Shown here piece after piece: positions 13,601 to 26,500 of a stretch of 64,000 nucleotides of DNA. The stretch is taken from the NCBI GenBank assembly GCA_951406725.2, contig OX597819.1:57226001-57290000 (forward strand), in the 5' to 3' direction. This DNA is from Octopus vulgaris (Eukaryota). A program made the translations under genes and the position numbers. Below the pieces are notes generated by a model. The model made no database searches and was not told where the DNA came from. It saw only the letters and a program-made list of their open reading frames with translations. Every line of letters starts with the position of its first letter. Position 1 is the first letter of the stretch.

Positions 13601-14660
13601 GCAGGATACCCAAACTGAACAACCCGAGGGAAGTACGGCAACTATTGTTGCAAAGAAGGTGAAAATGATGGCAATGAAAAAAGCGCACGAGCAATTGGCT
13701 GATAGGTGGGAGGAGAAACCTCTGCACGGCAAATATGTGACCCGCAGCAAACAAGCTGATGTTGACCAGAAGCAAACCCATCAGTGGCTACGGAGCTCAG
13801 GGCTAAAAGCAGAGAGCGAAGGTTTCATCCTGGCTGCTCAAGATCAAAGCCTATTAACCCGGAACTACCAGGCCAATGTGATGAAAAATGGAGCAGACCC
13901 AAAATGCCGATTCTGCAACGACATGATTGAAACAGTGGACCACCTAATCTCTGGATGTAAAGTCTTAGCACCAGTGGAGTATAAATTAAGACATGACAGA
14001 GTTGGCCAATATCTCCACTGGCTAATAAGTCGGCATTACAATATCAAAACTGCCGACAAGTGGTATAATCACCACCCTGAGGCTGTAACTGAAGGAGAAA
14101 ATGTAACTATTCTGTGGGACTTTCCAGTACATACAGACCGAACCATCAAGGCCAATAAACCAGATATTGTTGTGAAAGACCAAAACAATAAAGTTTGCTT
14201 ATTGATCGACATGAGCATCCCCTGTGATCATAATATCTCAGCGAAAGAGTTTGACAAGCTCAGAAAATATAAAGCCCTACTCATTGAAATTGAGAAAATG
14301 TGGCATCTCAAGGCGGTTACAATACCAGTGATCGTAGGAGCACTAGGAATGATCAAGAAGGGAACCGAAAATTATATGAGAATGATCCCTGGCTTACCAT
14401 CCCTGCAAGAAGTGCAAAAGATTGTCTTAACTGGTACATCACACGTATTGAGAAGAGCATTGTCGATGTAAGAACTGTTGCTGCTCATGTATTTTAATTT
14501 AACTTTAAAAAAAAAAAATTAAAAATAAATTTTAAAAAATGAACGAACTACTGAGTTTGGTTTAATGGCCTACCAATGTATACTATGAGTTTCTTTGCCC
14601 TAGGAGTCAGGAAGACACTCGGCAAGAAATGGAAGCAAATTTGAAAGAAGAAGAAAAAAA
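10673..14660 (+). mobile_element. R4/Dong-clade non-LTR retrotransposon, near-intact (copy 1)
   Basis: N-terminal KRNKWTREEY motif; RT motifs NYRPITCL, WIDYKKAFD, GIFQGDSLSP and YMDD (12918-12929); CCHC knuckle CRFC..DHLISGC; RHD; endonuclease KPDIVV..LIDMSIP..KY. Flanked by TAA-type repeats. The 5' boundary is approximate and may extend to 9907. Confidence 0.93.
10783..14471 (+). pseudogene. R4/Dong RT-RLE ORF (~1229 aa if repaired) split by a 1-nt deletion at about 12335
   Basis: ORFs 10783-12339 and 12333-14471 overlap at gaa-tg-tta-gca. Adding one G gives E-W-L-A-S-G, matching PEWLTKG in copy 2. No other stop codons. Confidence 0.9.
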
Positions 14661-14661
14661 A

Positions 14662-14667
14662 TTAATG

Positions 14668-14698
<31 letters not shown>

Positions 14699-14712
14699 TA
14701 ATAATAATAATT
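14662..14712. repeat. (TAA)n at the 3' junction of R4/Dong copy 1
   Basis: Directly visible, with occasional TGA units. Confidence 0.95.
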
Positions 14713-15402
14713 ATTAAAACTTAATAAAATTCAAAAGTTAAATAATATTGCTAAATATAAAAAACGTTACTTAGCTTCTCGATGAAAATAATATTACTGA
14801 ATTTTAAACGTAAAAACGTAGGTCTTAGCGTTTATAAGATATTAAACTTGGGAAGAGGTTGTGGAAAAAATTGAATAAAATTATCAATGAAAATGACGAA
14901 AAATATTTATTAAAGAAAAATATTTAAGCTTCATGAATTAAAGAAAAATAGAATAACAAAATAACTATCAATGACAAGTTACTATAAATTAAGTTCCAAA
15001 TAATTATTACGTAACATATACATATAACATTAAATTAAAATATATTTCTATAACTAATAGGTCTTAATAGAATTATATATAATCATTTATATATTAAGAA
15101 ATAACTAATATATATAGTGAAGTGATTTTACTACTATTACTATTATTATTACTATTTTCATTTCTTAAATATAGCCACGAAGCACGTGTCATTATTCTAA
15201 CAAGTATATTCGTTTTATCTATTATTTTGCACATTACTTAATCATTGTTATATGTTTTATCTTATATTTAATCTTTCTATAATATGTAATTGTTCAAAAT
15301 GATATTTTTTTCTAATTTATAAATATATATTATATTTTATGAAATTTGATTAAGTATTTTTAAATTGAATTTTCCTTGTAAGTTTGGAATAATATTCCCT
15401 CA

Positions 15403-15448
<46 letters not shown>

Positions 15449-15478
15449 TATATATACAGACACACACACACACACACT

Positions 15479-15510
<32 letters not shown>

Positions 15511-15562
15511 TGTACTATGCGTCTGTGGGTCTGTGTATTTATCTGTCTGTGTTTATAACCCT

Positions 15563-15742
15563 ACCATCGCTTGACAACCAATGTTGGTGTGTTTACGTCC
15601 CCGTAACTTAGCAGTCTGGCAATAGAAACCGATAGGATGAGTACGAGGTTTGCAGAAATTAAGTCTCGGGCTCATTTGTTCGACTAAAGGCGTTGCTCCA
15701 GCATCGCTGCAGTCAGACGCCTGACACATGTAAAAGAATAAA
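15563..15742 (+). mobile_element. 3' half of OK-like SINE
   Basis: catcgcttgacaacc...gtttacgtccccgtaacttagc...cgactaaaggcg.tgctccagcat; matches 17460-17640. Confidence 0.8.
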
Positions 15743-15779
15743 AGTATATATATTTATATATATGTGTGTGTGTGTATTT

Positions 15780-15847
<68 letters not shown>

Positions 15848-17189
15848 TATATTATATATATATATGAAATACATGGACTTATGTGTTCAAATTTTTATGA
15901 GTGTGTATGTGTGTATGCGTGAATATGTGTGTACATCTGTGTGCGTATCTGCCAATTTACAACTTAGAACTGACCCGCCTTTCTTTACATTTGCAACATT
16001 GACCCATCAACTAAATCATAAAACATCGAACATCGACAATCAATAAAAGCAATTCAGCGAAACATTCAGTTCAACTCCTTCCATTTAACCACTTACTTAA
16101 CCCGATATCAACTCGTCAACAGCACTAATGTACCAACAATATCGTTAATTTACATTACAGTTTTACAGCGGTTAATACTAATTGCCTTTATCAATTTTGT
16201 GCATAAAACGAACGACCACACAGTACTCGTAGATAAGAGTCGGTGCAACGTAAACACAATACGCACTCACGAACACACACACTAACACAAACACACGTAC
16301 GCCATGGCATGCGTACATATCTATGCGTACACAAAGCCAAATACAAATACACGCGTACACATTAAGCACATCTCTAACTTAATCCAACAATTAGACATAG
16401 AATTCTGTTTCAATTACTCTACAACTATTAACATTACTGTCCAATTATTAACATACCAATAACTATTATCTGCTTCGTTTCTCCATATCATACGTATTCA
16501 ATGTGTTTGCTATCGTCTGCTAAATTCGATTATGTGCCACTCACGTCTCAATTCTGGAAAAGGGTCCTTATTTTCCAACCAATCTACTCTGAGTGATTAT
16601 TCGTTTCTGTTATTTCGCATTTTAAAAACTCTCGCCCATCCCAAGTAACTATGCTGACTTCGACGAACCGTGCAAACCGAGTAATATTCAATCCGATTAA
16701 ATATCTGTAGCTTTTTGGAAGCACCATCCTGAGATATCCGAAAGCAACTGTGCACTAAAGATTGTCAGATTCGATTCCCAGATTCATGAACTTGCACAAA
16801 TCATAGAGGAAGAGAAGGCAAGACATAAAATAAGACTTCGTTTTCTCGAACAGCGAATGATATGGCTTACTTGTGAAAGGGGAATGTCTAGCATTCCTGT
16901 GTCTACACTACGAATGTTACGATAGAATGCCAAGCTTGTGTGTCATTCTCTTATCAGAGAGGTATATCGAACCTACAAGAAGATTACCCAATACATCTAC
17001 TGTGCACTAAATTAACGATATCAATCAAGGATTTGGAATTTCCTGCATGCAAATAGTCTAACCAGTCGTGATAAAACAGAAGGTATACAAAACTGGATAG
17101 ATCTAACCAGTACCATTTCTGCTTAATATGATACATCGAACAGAAGGTCCAATATATATATATACATGTATTATATATGTATCTTTCTC

Positions 17190-17224
<35 letters not shown>

Positions 17225-17243
17225 ACACACACACATACACATA

Positions 17244-17640
17244 GGCGTAGGAGTGGCTGTTTGGTAAGTAGCTTGCTTACGAACCACATGGTTCCGGATT
17301 CAGTCCCACTGCGTGGCACCTTGGGCAAGTGTCTTCTGCTATAGCCTCGGGCCGACCAAAGCCTTGTGAATGGATTTGGTAGACGGAAACTGAAAGAAGC
17401 CCGTCGTATATATGTATATATATATATGTGTATTGTGTGTTATGTTTGCCCCCTCCCCCAACACCGCTTCACAACCGATGCTGGTGTGTTTACGTCCCCG
17501 TAAGTTAGCGGTTCGGCAAAACAGACTGATAGAATAAGTACTAGGCTTAGAAAGAATAAGTCCTGGGGGCGATTTCTTCGACTAAATGCGGTTCTCCAGC
17601 ATGTCCACATTCAAATGACTGAAACAAGTAAATGAATAAA
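17244..17640 (+). mobile_element. Full-length tRNA-derived SINE (octopus OK-like)
   Basis: Head with A-box-like tggctgtttggt and B-box-like ggattcagtccc; internal (TA)n(TG)n; tail gcgg..ctccagcatg..gactgaaacaagtaaa. At least seven related copies in the window. Confidence 0.88.
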
Positions 17641-18809
17641 AAATGAATGAACATATATATATAGCTTAGCGGCTACTTTATTTCATCAGTCTAAGGAGCT
17701 TCATATAGTCGAACATCGGTGTCTACTGTTATCGCAACTTGCTTTGTTATTCATGTGCTGCATCACTGTATGATATACCGGTATTGGAACAATAGTGACT
17801 GTATATCCCTACCAACCAGAACTATTTACTATCATTCACAGGCATAGTGTCTGCAAGTTTTGGATTTTGGAAAACTACTGGGTAAGTGAATACCTCAGGT
17901 TACATTATACTTTTGCAGTAATGTAGAAGAGTAGGCAGGGCTAATATTGAAACCGTCAACACCATTGTCAGCTCCATATTGAAGGATTATATGTTGTTTT
18001 GACAAATCCCGTGTTGACAACGGCAAGATAATCTATCAAACCAGCGCCTATAGAAGTAATTCTAACTATGCCAAAATTAATGTCAGATTTTTCTCGAACA
18101 ATAGCCGAGGCAAGTTGCTTTGAATTTTTTCCCATAGATATCTCCATACCACCTGGCTGTTGCATCATGCTGCAGGCTTCATCTCATTCTGTTTGAACAT
18201 CTTTAGTGTTATGGGAACACAGTTATATTGGTAAAAGGGATGGTAAAATGTATAAAAGCATTATATCTGCCCAGGTTTCCCTCTATCCGAGATGACAATT
18301 TCTGGCTCAATAGCCTCCTTAAATGGGAAATAACAATTAGAAGAAAATCCTGGAATGATTCAAAGCTTTGTAGCGAATTTGCATTTAGACGTTAAAAGCT
18401 TTGACAATCGAATTTTGACTGACGTAAACTTAGTTTATTCCTCATCACTGTTTGGCACGGATGCTGCTATATTTACTCCGACCAGGAGATCCTCCGGCGC
18501 AACTCAGTCTCTGACGTGGATTGTTTCTTGTCCCCAAGGTTACCTCTCTTAGGAATTTCCCATTGAGCAAGGCTAAAGAGCCAGAAACGTCTCTCACGTG
18601 AATCCGATAAGGGTAACCAGTGGACAGATATGGTAAATTGCCCCATTCACCATAAAAGTAAAAAAATTTCTCCTCAATAATTGCAGTAAATTTGCGTCTA
18701 TTAGTTAAAATGTCGCAAATATATTTTAAATAACGTAAGTTCATGTGCGTGTGCGTGTATGTGTTGTGTGTGTATGTGTGTGTACACGAGCGTGTATATC
18801 GTAGTATAT

Positions 18810-18848
<39 letters not shown>

Positions 18849-18849
18849 T

Positions 18850-19000
18850 CTCTTTATTTTTTCTCCTTGTTTCTTTCTGTGTTCCTTTCTATGGAACAGC
18901 GTAGGCTCGAAACGTTAAAGACTTTTTCACTTCCCGTGCGTTATACTAATATATCTGTTTGTTGTCTATACCACCTGTCTTCCTCTTTTGTTTCTTTTTT
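18850..19000 (+). repeat. Dispersed repeat carrying a degenerate minimal hammerhead-like motif
   Basis: cttt-ctatgga-acagc-gtag-gctc-gaaa-cgtt-aaag at 18885-18920. The core gcgtaggctcgaaacgttaaaga recurs on the - strand at about 59510-59531. Confidence 0.55.
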
Positions 19001-19163
19001 GTGAGCCGTGTAATTACAACGGAGGTATGCATACTCCAAGATGAGTAGATATTGATTGCATTTTACAGTATATTTTGTCTCGAGATTTTGAAATCCGAAA
19101 TATTTCGCATCTAGACGAACCTTTAACCTGATATGTAAACTGTATTATTTCATATAGAATACG

Positions 19164-19228
<65 letters not shown>

Positions 19229-20619
19229 TATATTCTCCTCGAAATACTAACAAATAAAATATTCTAGACGCCAAAATTATATCAATAACCACTTCTAAAC
19301 AAGAATTGTTTCTTGGTTGTCAGAAATTCTGTTTATTAAGATAAGAAAAGCATAACGTATCTAATTTTGCTGTAAACCTGTATTATATAAGTTATTGTGT
19401 GCTTTGGAAATATTTATTTCGTTGTTCATTAACAGCCTTACACATTTCAAAGCACTTTTCATATTTATTTGTCTTGTTAAATTATTTCTCATTATTTACT
19501 AGATTTAATTAGAAAATAACTAAGATGTATTTAAGTGCCGGAGCCCAAGTCAATACGCTTTGTAGGAAGCTGATGAAGTACTGGATTGTTTAGCTTCCAT
19601 GTTCCAGAAACTTAGAAAAAGAAAGCAAGTTTTGGCTTCACTTGTGATCATTTAAATTAGTGTCGTCTTCGTCTGGTAGACACATTATATTGTATTTTTC
19701 AACAAACATAGTAATTATCCTAATATATCAGCAAAAATAACAAGAAAAATACTTAATAGCAGCAACAATTTAAGATAACAAGAGCGACAACAACAAAAAA
19801 AACAGCATCAACAAAAACAGCAACAACAACATTAGCAACAGTGACAGCAACCAAATCAGCAGCAGCAAGACAGCAAGCTAGTAACATGAACAAGAAAACA
19901 AGCAAGAGAAAATATAAATTTACTCAAATTACATTTGCGAGAAAATTAACAACGTCAATAATGAGAAAATCTTGTCGAGATTCGAGGTCATTATAGTTGG
20001 TAACATATAATGAACTACATGTCTATTATTCATGTAGATACTGAGAATACGCTATACCAGCTATGTGAGGAGATATTATTTAATTAACGGAAGAACAAAA
20101 CACCAAAAATAGTTTATTTACTGATAATGGCACAATCATGCACACCCATATGTATACACACGTACAGAGGTGCAAGTGCTATCACGCACACGTATATATA
20201 CAAACACAGATATATACATATATACATACATACATACATACATACATACACGCAAGTTGATATAAATGAAAAATAGTGAATCAACATTTAAAATTTGTAC
20301 GTTTTACTTGCTTTAGACATGAATATATTTCTAACCATTAACCAAGATATGCAGACATGAGGCACGTATTCACGCGTACAAATACGCATGCGAATATGCA
20401 TACATACATACATACATACATACATACATACATACATACATACATACATACATACAAACATATATATACGTGTGTGTGTGTACGTATATATGTATATATA
20501 TATATATATATATATAACAAAAAACTTTTCGCTCTGTTGTAGACAATATGTTTTTTGTGGGGTGCGGGTGGCGTCACACACTCTAGCTGTCCTAGTGTAT
20601 ATATGCCTGTATCTATATA

Positions 20620-20667
<48 letters not shown>

Positions 20668-20749
20668 TATATATATACCCAGATGTATATATTTATATAT
20701 ATATATGTATATATACACACATATGTGTATACATACTTATGTATATATA

Positions 20750-22520
20750 TCAAGTATATATAAATCGCAGTATGTGTGTGTATAATGACTAACACATACA
20801 TTTCCACAATTCTCAACCGATTTTCACGAAACTTTACGCACACATTATCTCCCAATTATGGTCATGCACTGTAACATTTTGTCCAGAGCTGCGCGGTTTT
20901 TGTATGTAGTGTCTTCCATACATTTTAACCTATATTGTCTTATATTAGTATATTTTATAATGGTTATCAAATTTTAAAATTTATTATTTATTTCTATGTT
21001 GTAATTTTGTATTATTACTTTCTGTATAGTTTTATATGTTTATTACTGTGTATTGTTTGAGATTTTGGTTCGAGAATATTAAAAAGAAGTGAAAGGATTT
21101 TGTCCATTTATTTATTTCGACTGTCCACCTGTGACTGTGATTAAATGGACTAGGAACACTGTAAGCTGTGAATATTCAATACCAAACAATCTTAATCTCC
21201 ATGCTTAAGCTGCAGTAAACTTTGGCAAGGTTACCTTTACCTATTCTGAGTTAATTGAAGAGTGATGTTCTCTTTCCTCCATTCAATTTGTTAATACCTT
21301 TGTTTACCTACTAATGCGAAGTTTCACTTTAAGGATGTTTTATTTCAACTATCGTTTCAAACACGTTTTAGCATTGTCGTTTTAGACTTTTTTAACGCAA
21401 TATCATTTGATTCGTCTCTAGCAAAAGCTGTACGTATCTTTTAGAAATCCCCATACAAATTACACTTTATACGGCATTCGCAGGCTCTGTGGGTACACGA
21501 AATAAAGAAGCTTTTGTTAGCTTATAATAGAATCGATAATCACTTGGTACACTAAAATCCATTTTTCTTTTCCCGATAATACAAGCGTGCCACCTAAAAA
21601 CAGAGCACGCATTGGCAAAGAGTCTTCTGTAGCGGCAAGGCAGCAGTCCTGGCAGGCTAATGAAACTGAGGACTAGAGGTTCTGTAAACAGTTGAAGAAA
21701 GCTGCCGCTGCTAGAGCTGCGACTACTCCAGAGCAGCGCGAATCCTATCGGGTGCGTGCTGCTGACACAAGGACAGAAGAAGCCACAGAAGAGAGGTCTA
21801 TCTGTTGGGCACGCAACGCTGCATCAACTTCTGCTGCGGGGTTGACAGATGATAATAACCATTGAATGATGAGACTTCAGTTTTATGTTCAACGGAAGGT
21901 TCTTGCCAATGGCTACTGGAAGCCATCGAGTAGTCAATGGGCATCAAAGGCGCTCAGCTATGATCATACAAAGGATTACGCCTTTCATCGAGTGACTGTT
22001 ACGAGTGATATGCCTGTAATATGTCCATTTTGCAAGGCCCTCAAGTGGGTTGGAGAATCCAGGAGCCTATGGTGCTCAAACGGAAAGGTTCGCTTGCCTG
22101 ACCTGTGAAACACTCCTCAGTCATTGCCCACTTTACTCCTTGGTCAACATCCTGATTAGCAGCAACAGAAACAGAAAATTCTCGCTTATAATTCTGCCTT
22201 CCAGATGATAAGTTTCAATCACAAACCCTTTCATGAAAACTCCTGTATGCCAACGTTCAATATACAGGGTCAATCCTATCATCGGATAGGCTCTTTTCTT
22301 CCTGTCAACAACGCTGAACACCGATTCCTTCAAATTTACTTTATTGAATATACCAATGAGCAAACGGCTCGCCGAGCTCCGATGGCACCCTGAACAAAAA
22401 TGCCTTTTTTGAATAAACTTCAGGAAATGCTTCACACCACCAACCGATATGTGAAAAACTAACTTCAAAACTGCTATACAACGCGACATACAGACCAGCC
22501 CAACTTCAAAGTTATTGTAA
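20750..22520 (+). mobile_element. Decayed autonomous Helitron: 5' end plus N-terminal Rep/Hel coding remnant (about 21590-22520)
   Basis: 5' segment ccgattttcacgaaacttt. Peptides CPFCKALKWVGES..WCSNGKVRLPDL, YNSAFQMISF and PTFNIQGQSYHRIGSFLP..FLQIYF are typical of the Helitron RepHel N-terminus. Multiple stops and frameshifts. Confidence 0.85.
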
Positions 22521-23316
22521 GGTCTGAGGCACTTGGTGTCGGTATTACAATGGTCTCACGCAATCTGCACAAGATTGGTATGGCGAAAAATCTCGATAAA
22601 TGGGTACCGCATGAGCTCAATAGAAATGTAAATGTTTGGCATTTCGAAGTGTGCTCAATGCTCTTCCTGCGAAACACCAATGATCCTTTTCTTGAACGAA
22701 TAGTCACTTCTGACGAAAAGTGGGTAATTTATGATAACCGTAAAGTTCCTCCAAACATTTCCCAAAGCCAAAGTTGCATCAGCAATAGATTACGTTGACT
22801 GTCTGGTGATCTGCAATTGGTGTTGTACATTGCATCTTACTGGAAGCCAATCAGAGCATTACAGTAGAGGTTTACTGCAATCAACTCGCTTAAATGCATG
22901 CTCACTTGCAAAAAATGAGACCAGCATTGGTGAATCGGCGTGTCCAAATTCTGCTCTACGATAATGCTAAGCCACATGTTGCAAGAATAAGGCTACAGAA
23001 ATTCACAGACGTGGGATATGAGACTTAAACACAACCTTCATTTTCTTCCACTGACAACCATTTTTATAAACATTTAAACACGTTTTTACGTGTTAAAACT
23101 TTCAAGTCCAAACCAGAGGTGGAATCAGGTTTCAAAGAGTTCTTAGCATCAAAGCCAATATATTTATATCAACGAGCCATACATAATCCCATTGATCGAT
23201 GGCAAAGGTGTATAGATATTCACGGCTCATACTTTTACTAATCAAAACATTTCTATTGTTAATTTTTCCAGAATAAAATGTTTCTGAAATCGGGCACTAT
23301 TTTTTGAACCACCTAA
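22521..23316 (+). mobile_element. 5'-truncated mariner with transposase pseudogene and right TIR
   Basis: WVPHEL, RIVTSDEKWVIYDN, YDNAKPH and RWQRCIDIHGSYF*. Ends in cgggcactattttttgaaccacctaa followed by TA. Confidence 0.9.
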
Positions 23317-23487
23317 TATATGTATATATATACATATATACTTGCATATATATATATATATATATATATATAAATTTTTCTTCGATCCTTCACTAAGTTT
23401 CTTTGTGTTAAATCTCATATAAGAAAATTTTAAAGCATAATTATAGGCTGTCATCCCATACATAATTATGGTAATAATTGAAACACT

Positions 23488-23494
23488 AATAATA

Positions 23495-23580
<86 letters not shown>
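23488..23580. repeat. (TAA)n at the 5' junction of R4/Dong copy 2
   Basis: Directly visible. Confidence 0.95.
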
Positions 23581-23582
<2 letters not shown>

Positions 23583-26500
23583 CCAATGAACCCTAATAAA
23601 TTAGCTAACGTACGAAGATACATTCTCAACGAAAAAAAAAAATATCAGAAATAGAAATAGAACATCTAAAAGAAAAAATACACCAGGAACATGTTGATAG
23701 AAGCCACATAACAATGCCCAATAATATAAACACTGAAACAGTAAAACACGAAGACAAACGCAACATTCCCAACAAACACGATGTAAACAACGAAGGGGAG
23801 CTTAATGATTATGATAATATAAAACGTAAAATAATCAAAGAACTGAAAACCACAAAGCTCAAAATGGACCACCGACCATACCGCCCAAGAATCAAAATAG
23901 AAGAAACAACAACACCAATTATAAACAGCATAAACCTAGCCGTCACGGAACTAATAGCCACTGAAACAAAAAGCGATATCACTGAGCTAAATGACTTAGT
24001 ATACGCAGCAGCCACTGCAGCCACAAAAGAAGCTGGATACTCACTCAAACCCATCCAAACAGGTGTACCACCACCCAATCAAACCCTGTGGATAAATAAC
24101 ATCCAAAACAAAATACAAAAAATGAGAAAAGATCTGTCGATTCTTAATGAAACCAGCAGACAATCAACGCTACTGAGCAAAAAAAGAAAACAAAAATACT
24201 CCGCAAATATAACATCACAGAAAAAGATTTACCTGAGATAAAAGAAAAGCTGAAGCAAGATATCCTTGCCAAAGCACAAAAGATCCGCCGGTAGGAGAAA
24301 CGCCAGCGCTTCTTTGAACAAAACAAAAAGTTCAACTCCAACCCCAAAAAGTTCTAACAAGAACTTGGCAAAAATAAAATAGAAATCACTGCAGCACCAA
24401 AAAAAAGGAGTATCAAAACAACAAACTCAGCATCTGAACAACTTTGGACCCCCATAACAACTGAAAAATTCACCCAGGCACTGCAAAGACTAAGCAACTG
24501 GAAGGCACCTGGGCATCACAAGATCCCCAAATTCTGGTTGAAATATCTAACAGGAATGCACAAAAAGCTGGCTGAAAACTTTAACAACATACTAGCAGAG
24601 CCAGAGACAATGCCCGAATGGCTCACGAAGGGGAAAACCATCTTAATTCCCAAATCAAATGAGACAGCAAAACCAGAAAACTACAGACCAATAACCTGTC
24701 TCCCTACAATGTTCAAGGCATTTACTGCAGTGATATCGCAAAGGTTGAACAAGCACCTGAACGAAAACAAACTGTTCCCAGATGAAAAGAAAGGATGCCG
24801 CAAAGGCTCATATGGCTGTAAAGATCAACTAATGATTAATAAAGCCATAACTGAAGACAGCCACAGAAAGAAGAAAGACCTCAGTATGGACTGGATTGAT
24901 TACAAAAAGGCGTTTGATAGCATCCCCCACACATGGATCCTCGAAACACTAGCCATTAACAAAGTAGCACCAACGATCATAAAATTCATAGGGCACTCTA
25001 TGAATAAATGGCAAACAGTGCTACAGCTCCAAACAAAAGAGGGACTCATGAAAACCAAAGACATCTCCATTAGAAGAGGAATATTCCAGGGAGTCACGCT
25101 CTCTCCACTCCTTTTCTGCTTGGCACTGTCACCTTTATCTGATATGCTAAATAGAACTGGATGCGGATATAAATGTTACGGCAAAACGATCAGCCACTTT
25201 TTATATATGGATGACCTAAAAGTATACGCTGCAAATGACAAACAGCAGGAAACACTATTAAAGACAGTTCATGGATTTACCAAAGAAATAGAAATGAAAT
25301 CTGGATTAGAAAAATGCGCCAAAGTATCCATGAAAAGAGGAAAACTAGTTAAGAGTAGTAACATCACACTAGATAAAACCAATGAAATAAAATAATTATA
25401 CCAAAGCCAAACTTACAAATACTTGGGAATCCATGAACTAGATAAGACACAACACACACTAATGAAAAATAAAATAAAAAAGAATATAATAGACGAGTTC
25501 GATCAATACTAAAAACAGAGCTCAATGCTAAAAACAAGATAATAGGTATTAACACTTTAGCTGTCCCAGTTATAAGTTACAGCTACAATATCGTTAACTG
25601 GACACTAAATGCACTGACCAAAATAGATAGGAAAACAAGAAAAATAATGACAGGATCTAGGATGCATCACCCAAAATCTGACATAGAAAGACTATATATA
25701 CAACGTATAGAAGGTGGCAGAGGCCTTATACAGCTGGAAAACTACTATAAAATAACCACCATAGGACTGCAAAAATATCTACTTCAGAAGGAAGGAAAAC
25801 TGACACAAATAACGGCAAAACACGAGCAAAGCAAAAAAATTTCTCAGTATTTAAGGAAGCTGACAAATACAAACAAGAAATCATACCACCTAATAAATAT
25901 GAAGAAGAAGAAGAAGATGATGAAGAAACAACAAAAGCTATAAGACAAATGAAATCCAAACTAAAAACAGAACAGCAATGAACCATGATAAAACGATGGC
26001 AAGAAAAGCTCCTTCATGGTAAATACTGGACTAAATTAAACGCAAAAGAAATAGACAAAGAAAAATCCCAGCAATGATTGAGAAGCTCAGGATTCAAAGC
26101 AGAGACAGAGGGATTTTTAATTGCAGCACAAGACCAAAACCTCCCCACCAGAAATGGCCAAAAACATATAATGAAAAGAAATATAACAAGTAACTGCAGA
26201 ATATGTGGAGATGGACAAGAAACAATAAATCATATTATCTCTGGCTGCCCAGTCCTGGCTAAGAAGGAATATATTCACAGACATGACAGAGTTGGAACCT
26301 ACATGCACTGGAAGCTATGACAACATTATGGAATAACAACAGAAAAAAGATGGTATAGGCACACACCAGAAAAGGTCACAGAAAACGAGAAAGCAACCAT
26401 ACTCTGGGATATGCCGATACACACAGATAGAGAAATTAAGGCCAACAGACCAGATATAGTTGTCAGAGATCATGAAGAAAAAAAATGCTTTCTAATTGAT

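Noticed and set aside
19730-19915. CAA/CAG-rich stretch suggesting a poly-Q exon
   Set aside because: Degenerate simple repeat with stops and no coding context.
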